Numbered from the whole stretch's first letter, positions 1 through 6,690 are shown. The stretch is DNA of 8,213 nucleotides, filler included, from an uncultured virus (IMG/VR IMGVR_UViG_2124908030_000005) (4 parts of one record of this genome joined end to end with filler, not necessarily neighbours in it), one strand, 5' to 3'. Numbers and translations are program-made. Notes: generated by a model from the letters alone, not told the origin.

Positions 1-1557
1 GCTTGGGTAGAGTGGTCTTGGTCTGGTAGCGAAGTTTACGGCGAGGTTCGAGACCGCTCCAAGGACTCTTTCACTGTTGATGGGAACGAGATCACCGGAG
101 ACGAAGGTGAAAACGTCTACAAAATGGAGGAATACGACACCGACTCGGGAGAGTTTACTGGCCAGATGGTCGGTAAGCCAGAGTCGTCGCTGTCGTCTTG
201 GAACGGGCCATCAGAGAACAGTGACATAGAGCGGGCTGCCCAGTCAATGACATTCGCACGAGACGACGAGCGAGTGTTTTCTGCTTGGAACGGCCTCACT
301 AACATGAGCGAGGAAGACATGGAAGTGTGGGGCGATCACCCATGCTCCAACGCTGGTGTTGACAACGGCGAAGAAATGCGCGACAACACTGGTATGTTGA
401 TGGGTCAAGCCCCGGATGGCTGGAACGAGGAATCCTATCAAATCGCCAATAGAGTTGTCTCGTGGGCGCGTATGCACATGGGAGAACTAGAAGACGGGGC
501 ACGCAGCGGCGGCAGAGGGACCTGCCCATCACACACTGCTGTCCATATGCTGAACCGTGGAATCAACCCGTTCAGCGAGGCCCCTAGCGGCAACCCAACG
601 TTCACTGAGAGCGAGATTGACATTGACGGGGATTTCGCAAAGCATCAAGACGAAGTTGACTCAGTGTACTCCAAGTGGGAAGACGCAGTGAACATGACGG
701 CCTCGCAGCTAGATCGGTGGTCGGACCATCCGTGTTCCAACGAGGCGTCTATGGACCCCAACAAAGTTCGCAAGCGCAACATGATGTTGCTCGAAACGAA
801 CAAGTCTGATTGGGGCGAGAAAGAGGTCAAGGCAGCGAAACGCACGGTGTCTTTCATCAGCCGGATGCGCGGCTCTAGCCCCGATGGTGATGCCAGCGAG
901 GGCGGCAAAGGGTCATGTCCATCTGAGTGGGCAGTGAGCCTGCTCAACTGGGCATACAACCCGTTCGATGGGATGCCGAGTGGTGAGCCTAACCCCGAGA
1001 CTGAAAACAGTGAGCCGGGCGCTCTTACCTTTGCTGCCCGGACGGCAGTTCCAGATAAAGTTGGCATCGGCTCAAACTTTAACGAATATGGCGTCCGAGA
1101 GAACTTCGAGGGCGACGACATGGTTTCAGTTGACGCCGTGTATGAGGCAATGGAGCCGGGAGAACCAGAGGACCGCAATGGCGTTCGCATTACCAAAGAC
1201 TTCCTGCGAAACGTGGCCGACAAGAACTACGAACGCCGCGTTCCGTACATGATGGACCACGACAAAAGCACGCTTTCACAAGTTGGCTTCGTCAAAGACG
1301 TGTGGTTCAGCGAGTCCAAAGAGAAACTGATGGTGATGGCGCGGGCGTTCAACGTAGATGGCTCTGACATCCACAGCGAAGTCGTCAGCAGGTTGCGACA
1401 TGACCCGCCAACGATTCCTGATGGCTCTGTGGGGCTTGGCGAAGACTACGAATACGAAGAAAATGACGACGGCGAAGTGCTGTTCACGGATGGCCGCATC
1501 AAGGAGTTTTCAACGACTCCCTTCCCCGGCGGCTATGACACAGGCGGCATTTACTAG
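1..1557 (+). CDS. Multidomain prohead (capsid maturation) protease, 5'-truncated: DUF2945/Tudor-like domain + 2x DUF3140-like repeats + C-terminal HK97-type protease domain
   Basis: Frame 1 is open from base 1 (AWVEWSWSGSEVYGEVRDRSKDSFTVDGNEITGDEGENVYKM...), so the ORF extends upstream of the Met at 124. The C-terminal part has HK97/herpes-type protease motifs: PYMMDH (His codon 1258-1260), VGFV, DGSVG (Ser codon 1426-1428) and IKEFSTTPFPG. It lies upstream of scaffold/decoration/capsid-like genes. Acidic composition is typical of halophiles. Confidence 0.8.
   Translation, partial: AWVEWSWSGSEVYGEVRDRSKDSFTVDGNEITGDEGENVYKMEEYDTDSGEFTGQMVGKPESSLSSWNGPSENSDIERAAQSMTFARDDERVFSAWNGLTNMSEEDMEVWGDHPCSNAGVDNGEEMRDNTGMLMGQAPDGWNEESYQIANRVVSWARMHMGELEDGARSGGRGTCPSHTAVHMLNRGINPFSEAPSGNPTFTESEIDIDGDFAKHQDEVDSVYSKWEDAVNMTASQLDRWSDHPCSNEASMDPNKVRKRNMMLLETNKSDWGEKEVKAAKRTVSFISRMRGSSPDGDASEGGKGSCPSEWAVSLLNWAYNPFDGMPSGEPNPETENSEPGALTFAARTAVPDKVGIGSNFNEYGVRENFEGDDMVSVDAVYEAMEPGEPEDRNGVRITKDFLRNVADKNYERRVPYMMDHDKSTLSQVGFVKDVWFSESKEKLMVMARAFNVDGSDIHSEVVSRLRHDPPTIPDGSVGLGEDYEYEENDDGEVLFTDGRIKEFSTTPFPGGYDTGGIY
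262..990 (+). repeat. Two tandem ~110-aa protein repeats (DUF3140-like) inside the protease ORF, about 262-597 and 649-990
   Basis: The copies share W-x4-NM, W-x-DHPCSN, GG(R/K)G(T/S)CPS-xx-AV-xx-LN and NPF-xxx-PSG-x-P. Copy 2 (AVNMTASQLDRW...SLLNWAYNP) resembles the DUF3140 consensus as I recall it (VNMTASELEEWL...SLMNWGHDP). Confidence 0.8.
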
Positions 1558-1670
1558 GGTCATTGGTTGCGCTCCTTTGAGCGGGCAGAAGCGGTGACTG
1601 TCTGTAATGAAAGGGAACTGCACGCAACAACTCAGTGTCCTTCCCTGGCACTAAATCTAAGAATACAACA

Positions 1671-2069
1671 ATGGATTTTCACGAAGTAGAATACGATGAG
1701 GCAGACGACATGGAGGCAGATGAGCTTCGAGAGCTTGTCTCAGCGTTCTCCAAGGCGCAGCGAGTGAACAAAGACACATTCGGCGATGCTATCGAGCAGG
1801 TCGAAGAATTCGCAGAGTACGAAACGTCTGTGAACGCAGAACTTACCGAAGAAAGTTCGCTGTCTGAGAGCGCCGTCGAGGCTCTGGCGTTCTCCGAGAA
1901 GAAGGACTTGCTCGACGACCTCGATGCCACCGAGGCAGACGAGGAAGAATCAGAGCAGCAGTTCAAAGATCGCGGCACGAAAGGCGAGACCCACACCGAA
2001 GGCGACGAGGAGGGGCCTGGCGAAGTCGTTACCGAGGTCTTTGAAGACATCCCTGGCGTTAAACTTTAG
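1671..2069 (+). CDS. Putative capsid scaffolding protein (highly acidic, helical), 132 aa
   Basis: ATG at 1671 after an A-rich leader is preferred over the track's start at 1635. The sequence is very D/E-rich, and the gene sits between the protease and the decoration/capsid genes. Confidence 0.65.
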   Translation: MDFHEVEYDEADDMEADELRELVSAFSKAQRVNKDTFGDAIEQVEEFAEYETSVNAELTEESSLSESAVEALAFSEKKDLLDDLDATEADEEESEQQFKDRGTKGETHTEGDEEGPGEVVTEVFEDIPGVKL

Positions 2070-2073
2070 AGGT
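2069..2073 (+). promoter_or_regulatory. Shine-Dalgarno-like GAGGT upstream of ATG 2079
   Basis: TTTAGAGGTTTATAATG: GAGGT lies 5 nt before the start codon. Confidence 0.5.
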
Positions 2074-2078
2074 TTATA

Positions 2079-2585
2079 ATGAACATTAACTTTTCCAAGA
2101 TGCAGAACCACCCGATGAACCGGGATGGTGAAACGATTGAAGTGCGAGTTGAAGAAGGCGATCTTGTTGGACTGACCCAGAACGCAGACGGCGACACCGA
2201 GATTGTTGGCGCTGATGCCGACTCTGGCGTGCAGCAGCCAGCAATCGGTGTCGTGATGGAAGACGTGCAAGACCCAAGTAACATCAATGTCAACGGCTTC
2301 GAGGATGCCTACATTGAGCAGCGGCAGCTTCGACGCGAAGCCCGCGAGCGAGAGGGCTACACGCTGGTTGGCGACGAGGCGACTTACGTGACCCACGGCG
2401 TCTACATGGAAGACGAGGACGGCGACCTCGACTTGACTCCGAACGAGCCAGTGTATCTGGACGTTGGCGGCGGTGTCACTCAGACTGCTCCTTCTGGCGC
2501 TGGTGAACTTCACCAAGTGATTGGGCTTGCAGTCAACTCCACGACGTTCCTGCTTGATGTCAACCACGAATACTCGATGGCGTAA
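2079..2585 (+). CDS. Head decoration / capsid cement protein (DUF2190-like)
   Basis: The motifs EGDLVGL..ADAD..PAIGV and LTPNEPVYL..GGVTQTAPSG..QVIGLAV are typical of phage cement/decoration proteins. The gene lies directly before the presumed major capsid gene. Confidence 0.7.
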   Translation: MNINFSKMQNHPMNRDGETIEVRVEEGDLVGLTQNADGDTEIVGADADSGVQQPAIGVVMEDVQDPSNINVNGFEDAYIEQRQLRREAREREGYTLVGDEATYVTHGVYMEDEDGDLDLTPNEPVYLDVGGGVTQTAPSGAGELHQVIGLAVNSTTFLLDVNHEYSMA

Positions 2586-2606
2586 ACATCGGAATTATAA
2601 CTACTA

Positions 2607-2690
2607 ATGCCACCTAAGACTAATTACAGCCGAGAGCCGCAGCTTTACACCGCAGACGACGTACCGCTTGCCGAATTGCTGAGATGCAGA
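2607..2690 (+). CDS. N-terminal fragment of the probable major capsid protein (truncated by contig end)
   Basis: ATG at 2607, open to the contig end (MPPKTNYSREPQLYTADDVPLAELL...). The assignment rests on the gene order protease-scaffold-decoration-MCP. Confidence 0.5.
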
Positions 2691-2790
2691 NNNNNNNNNN
2701 NNNNNNNNNNNNNNNNNNNNNNNNNNNNNNNNNNTTAATTAATTAANNNNNNNNNNNNNNNNNNNNNNNNNNNNNNNNNNNNNNNNNNNN
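2691..2790. other. Artificial contig spacer (N44-TTAATTAATTAA-N44)
   Basis: 100-nt N run with a six-frame stop linker at 2735-2746, identical to the other two spacers. Confidence 0.98.
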
Positions 2791-3659
2791 TCACGAGCAA
2801 CACTTTCGCTGTATCTCCGGGTCAAAGTCGCGTTCACTGGCACAAAGAACCAGTCTCCGTGGCGGATGATCTTACGGCCTAGCATGGAATCATTGCATTG
2901 CTGATACTGTTCTTGAGTAAACTCATCGGAGTCAACAACAGACATCCAACTGTCGTGAACCTCCGGCGGTCGAAGAAACATCTGCGGAATGATTTTTGGC
3001 TCATCAACAGGAATAGCACTAAGTTGAGTTGCTGTGAGGCGGTAGGCAAAGTATTCTGCTCCGCTTTTCACGCTCTTATCTCGGCCTAGGTAGACACCAT
3101 ACTCTCCGTCATTGACTATCACTAGCGAATCTTCGACATTGTGAGTCTCAGTGACTTCTCCGTTGCGGAAATTATACTCAGGCTGGCCGTAAACATCGGT
3201 GACAGATCGAATGTTGTCATGCTGATTCATCTCGGTTTCAAGGGCAGAAAACGGAAGTTTCCAGTCATAATCGTGGGGAGCAGAACACTTTGCGAAGCCT
3301 GCATTCCAGCACTGCTGATTGTTAATCACCGTGCCATCTGCTAGCCTCACTGCCTCTCTCGTGCTGTAATGCCACAGAGTGCCGGAACCATCTGTACGCT
3401 GGGAGCCGTAGAAGTTGGTTCTTGTACCGTCAACATCTGGCGCTCTGCTTCTACCAAAGGCGTTAGTTTTCTTTTCAGGAGAACCAGTGTAGACAATTGC
3501 CGCTCCGTTCTGATCTCTGTTGTGTGTCGGAAACTTGAGGTTCATCCAAGCGTTTGTGACCTCTCGCTGGCTATTGTAGGACTTCTTGTTAGTTGCGTCG
3601 TAGACTGCGGAGTAATTGTTAGTGTTGCTACTGTCGGAATTGTCGTTGTTAACAGACAT
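2791..3659 (-). CDS. Hypothetical viral protein, 3'-truncated (>289 aa), with LRPPEV...IRHGDWFFVP motif
   Basis: Long ORF from ATG 3659 running into the spacer. The R(Q/H)G(D/E)WFF-x-P motif resembles uncharacterised phage proteins. The track's end at 2739 is the linker stop. Confidence 0.75.
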
Positions 3660-3682
3660 AATGAGTCAAGTCGAACCGCAGA

Positions 3683-3720
3683 GAGTGCCGAGGAATCGAA
3701 CCCCGGAAGGCCAATCACCC
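3683..3720 (-). ncRNA. Mini-tRNA-like element A (acceptor-like stem + T-arm)
   Basis: Minus strand: GGGTG-ATTGGCCTT-CCGGGG-TTCGATT-CCTCGG-CACTC. 5+6 bp, starting 7 nt after the upstream stop codon. Confidence 0.75.
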
Positions 3721-3727
3721 AGTTATC

Positions 3728-3928
3728 TTATTCGACTGTGAAATACTGCTCGTCAGAGTCCTTTGAGGAGAGGTGCTTGATCTCTCCTCCTGCAATTCTC
3801 GCACCCTCCAACTGCATGGCGTGGCGGTAATATAGCCCACCAACGCCTACTTCGTCTTCTCGAACAACAATTTCTAGGTTTGGGTACTGTCCTGCAATGT
3901 GTCGGGCAAGTTGTTGGGCTGGTCTCAT
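3728..3928 (-). CDS. Small hypothetical protein, 66 aa
   Basis: The start overlaps the stop of 3925-4242 (ATGA coupling) and the gene ends just before element A. Confidence 0.7.
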   Translation of the reverse strand: MRPAQQLARHIAGQYPNLEIVVREDEVGVGGLYYRHAMQLEGARIAGGEIKHLSSKDSDEQYFTVE

Positions 3929-4242
3929 AGGTCAACGTCGTCTCGTTCATTCAATGCCTCGTACAAGTCTGCTTGATAACAAGCAAATGCTCTGGCTTGT
4001 CGAATGTCTTTGAACGAAGCATCTTCACCGTAGAATATCTTCCACTCAACAGGCTCTATGTCGCTGTGTTTGATTATCTCAGGATTGTGGTGATAGTACA
4101 TGATGTAGTGTGAGCCATCTACTTGTTGATGGATTAACTCATGCACTTCTGCGTCTGGATTGTTGGCCACTTGTTCTGCGACTCTCTCAGCCGATGTGTC
4201 AATAACTTCACGGTACTCGCTGTAAGTAAGGTCGTCACTCAT
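3925..4242 (-). CDS. Hypothetical acidic protein, 105 aa
   Basis: ATG lies 12 nt after the conserved hairpin of element B. Halophilic composition (MSDDLTYSEY...). Confidence 0.8.
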   Translation of the reverse strand: MSDDLTYSEYREVIDTSAERVAEQVANNPDAEVHELIHQQVDGSHYIMYYHHNPEIIKHSDIEPVEWKIFYGEDASFKDIRQARAFACYQADLYEALNERDDVDL

Positions 4243-4254
4243 GGATTAAACACG

Positions 4255-4320
4255 GCGGAAGGTCGCCACCCAAAGGGAAGCGAGGAATCGAACCTCGCTG
4301 TTACATCACCAGATTACCTT
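4255..4320 (-). ncRNA. Mini-tRNA-like element B (4273-4320) plus conserved downstream hairpin (4255-4271)
   Basis: Minus strand: AAGGTAA-TCTGGTGATGTAACA-GCGAGG-TTCGATT-CCTCGC-TTCCCTT (one mismatch in the outer stem), then T, then GGGTGGCGACCTTCCGC. Confidence 0.75.
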
Positions 4321-4321
4321 A

Positions 4322-4648
4322 CTACATCGGGTCGTAGACTTCTATGATGGTGTGGACATCATCATTCACTCTCAAGATGTAGCGCCTGTTTCGTTGCTCA
4401 AGCACTTCTTGAATGAGAGACGAAGAATCAGCCTCACGAATCGCGTCAAGAATGAGCGGGTCGGGGGCTTTCACCGGGTGGTCAATGGGGTCCATGCCTT
4501 CGATAGCACGAGTTTCATTTTCTAATCCCAGGATTTTCTCACGGGTTTCAACCGGCAATGCTTCTACAAATTCTACTAGGTCAACGTTGAAATGGTGTTC
4601 AAATTCACTGATACCGTCAACTTCGTTGATTTCGCCAGGAACAATCAT
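4322..4648 (-). CDS. Hypothetical protein, 108 aa; paralog of 5348-5604
   Basis: Acidic ORF flanked by elements C and B. It aligns without gaps to the ORF at 5348-5604. Confidence 0.8.
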   Translation of the reverse strand: MIVPGEINEVDGISEFEHHFNVDLVEFVEALPVETREKILGLENETRAIEGMDPIDHPVKAPDPLILDAIREADSSSLIQEVLEQRNRRYILRVNDDVHTIIEVYDPM

Positions 4649-4661
4649 TGGAGTAAACTCA

Positions 4662-4717
4662 GCGGTAGGTCGCCACCCAACAAGTAGCAGGGAGTCGAAC
4701 CCTGCACTAACTACCCG
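4662..4717 (-). ncRNA. Mini-tRNA-like element C (4681-4717) plus conserved downstream hairpin (4662-4678)
   Basis: Minus strand: CGGGTA-GTTAGT-GCAGGG-TTCGACT-CCCTGC-TACTTG (6+6 bp), then TT, then GGGTGGCGACCTACCGC. It begins immediately after TAA 4718-4720. Confidence 0.78.
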
Positions 4718-4891
4718 TTACTCAGTCTGCGCTTCTGCTATCGCCTCGGCAATCAACTTGTTGTAGCGCCGGACAAACTCGGCCTCTGTGTCGTAGTCTA
4801 AGTCAAGTTTAGCCACTCCAAGACTCAGGTGTTTCTTGCCGTCGTGTAATTCTTCTGCGGCTTTGTCGCTAATGAGGTTGAGATCAGACAT
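4718..4891 (-). CDS. Small hypothetical protein, 57 aa (not in the ORF track)
   Basis: MSDLNLISDKAAEELHDGKKHLSLGVAKLDLDYDTEAEFVRRYNKLIAEAIAEAQTE*. The ATG lies 2 nt after the stop of the upstream gene and the ORF fills the gap up to element C exactly. Confidence 0.75.
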   Translation of the reverse strand: MSDLNLISDKAAEELHDGKKHLSLGVAKLDLDYDTEAEFVRRYNKLIAEAIAEAQTE

Positions 4892-4893
4892 TG

Positions 4894-5274
4894 TTATTGG
4901 TCAAAGAACAGCGAAAGGTCGTCTTCTGGGTTGTACTCCTCGTTTTTGAGGGAAGCGTAAGCACCAGCCTCGAAGCACGTCCAGAAGTCTTCTTCTTCTG
5001 CGGCGGCTCGCTGGAAGGCCTGATGCCGTTCCTCTGAGCATTCTTCTTCGAGATAATCTTCAAGCGCCCACCAGAATTTCTTGGCAGATTGAGATTCATT
5101 GATGGCAACCCGAACCTCTGGGTACTCATGCAGAGCCATCTCACTCTCTACCGGGTCAATGTCGTCCGCAATAAGGTGCCGTGGCTTTGTGCTACGGAAA
5201 GCATCGAAGCCTGCCGCGTATGCTGATTTCATTGCTTCTTCGTCAGTCTCGCCGAAGTTGTAACTCATAGACAT
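4894..5274 (-). CDS. Hypothetical acidic protein, 126 aa
   Basis: ATG at 5274 (MSMSYNFGETDEE...) lies 13 nt after the hairpin of element D, matching the spacing at elements B and C. Preferred over the track's start at 5286. Confidence 0.8.
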   Translation of the reverse strand: MSMSYNFGETDEEAMKSAYAAGFDAFRSTKPRHLIADDIDPVESEMALHEYPEVRVAINESQSAKKFWWALEDYLEEECSEERHQAFQRAAAEEEDFWTCFEAGAYASLKNEEYNPEDDLSLFFDQ

Positions 5275-5287
5275 TGTAATAACCAAA

Positions 5288-5346
5288 GCGGTAGGCCGCT
5301 ACCCAGTGAGTGCCGAGGAATCGAACCCCGGTTCACCAGTCACTCA
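5288..5346 (-). ncRNA. Mini-tRNA-like element D (5307-5346) plus conserved downstream hairpin (5288-5304)
   Basis: Minus strand: TGAGTG-ACTGGTGAA-CCGGGG-TTCGATT-CCTCGG-CACTCA (6+6 bp), then CT, then GGGTAGCGGCCTACCGC. 24 nt (5308-5331) are identical to 3683-3706. Confidence 0.8.
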
Positions 5347-5347
5347 G

Positions 5348-5604
5348 TTACTCAGAAACCCGGATGATTCTATGAAACTCACCCTCGTAGAGATGGATGT
5401 ATTCTTCATCTCGCTGGTCAAGCACAGAGCGGATGAAGCCATGAAGGGATAGCCCAGCCACAAAATCCTCTACCAAGTAATTTCTCGCAGACATTGGGTG
5501 GTTAATCGGACGCAAATCTTCTTTTTCTCGCTGCTCATTCTCATACTCAACAAGATTCCGAGATCGTCTTCATCGAGGGCTGCTATTTTTTCTTCTTTGG
5601 TCGG
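5348..5604 (-). CDS. 5'-truncated hypothetical protein, paralog of 4322-4648, with an apparent frameshift near 5560-5565
   Basis: PTKEEKIAALDEDD/RNLVEYENEQREKEDLRPINHPMSARNYLVEDFVAGLSLHGFIRSVLDQRDEEYIHLYEGEFHRIIRVSE*. One missing base joins the two frames, possibly a read error near the contig end. Confidence 0.7.
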
Positions 5605-5704
5605 NNNNNNNNNNNNNNNNNNNNNNNNNNNNNNNNNNNNNNNNNNNNTTAATTAATTAANNNNNNNNNNNNNNNNNNNNNNNNNNNNNNNNNNNNNNNN
5701 NNNN
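5605..5704. other. Artificial contig spacer
   Basis: N44-TTAATTAATTAA(5649-5660)-N44. Confidence 0.98.
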
Positions 5705-6500
5705 ATGAGCAAACACTTGAACCAGAAAACTACTAAGACTACTTAACCCGCAATTGGATTATAACGAATCTCCCAGTTATCAGGTGAATTATTTACTAAG
5801 GTGTCAGCCGGCGGGTCCGACATAGTGGTTTAAAGACCTATTTGCACCGTATTACTGGTATTAACGAATTCACATTACTATGTCCCCCGTTCGTGGGGGC
5901 AAAACTGTAGTGTGATAGGTGGCGATTTACTTCCCTGGACAAGCGGAGATGGGAAACAACCCGTGCCCGTCTATTTCAACAACAACACATACCCCCCTTT
6001 AATATATAAAACCCACTGCTTTACAAAAACGGTTGCACAAGGCCGCTACTCCGGGTCTATGGCATTTGAGCAAATAAACCCGGTAAATATGTCCGGGTCT
6101 TAGAACGGGCTATATGCGGGGTAATCCCGGTCCAGTGAGATGGAATGACTTGCCGCTCAAACCCCAAAATTCTGGGGGTACAGGCTCTCTACCCGGTAAT
6201 CTATGGGCCGCGATTATAGAGATTATATTAGATACGTTTTGCGTGGGCCTTAGAATACGTCTAAGTAGATTTAACAGTCTTATCTCGCCATATCGGGCTA
6301 AACGGGGGCTATGGACCGGGATTTTTGCCTGTATTTAGATCAGCGCGTGCGCGTGGCCGGTGTGTGGTGTGTGCTACAGTGAATAACGGCCTATGTGGGG
6401 GCTTGAGCATGATTCTAAGCCGTTGTATGCACCTAGGGGGTAGCACATAACTTATCGCTGTATGAAGCCGCTTAGAACGGACACAGTATCCTATCCGACA

Positions 6501-6533
6501 TAGACGGGGGCTAGGCGGGGGCTAGACGGGGGC
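6501..6533 (+). repeat. 3 x 11-bp tandem repeat TAG(A/G)CGGGGGC
   Basis: TAGACGGGGGC TAGGCGGGGGC TAGACGGGGGC. Confidence 0.9.
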
Positions 6534-6690
6534 ATAATGTCATACTACAAACACGTACAAGGCCCCCCGCATAATGTCGGGGTTTTGACAATAGGCCGAC
6601 GAGGGAACCATCACAGGATATGCAAGTCAGCACGCAGAATGCGGTGAGAGACCAGATTTTCGGGGTCTATCGAGTCGCGGGCGCTGTGAG

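Noticed and set aside
117..2567. Minus-strand ORFs over contig 1 (e.g. 645-1223, 1679-2050, 1950-2567)
   Set aside because: These are Ser-rich antisense shadows of the acidic plus-strand head genes.
2898..4766. Plus-strand ORFs over contig 2 (e.g. 3369-3830, 4413-4766)
   Set aside because: They are antisense to a tightly packed minus-strand operon and have non-halophilic composition.
3683..5346. Bona fide tRNA genes
   Set aside because: The elements are only 37-48 nt, lack anticodon and D stems, and abut upstream stop codons, so there is no room for a cloverleaf.
3683..5346. CRISPR array
   Set aside because: The repeats are separated by whole genes of roughly 330-560 nt, vary in sequence, and no cas genes are present.
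3683..5346. Simple intrinsic terminators
   Set aside because: No oligo-T tract follows the stems, and the invariant T-loop and ~12-bp two-part helix are not required for termination.
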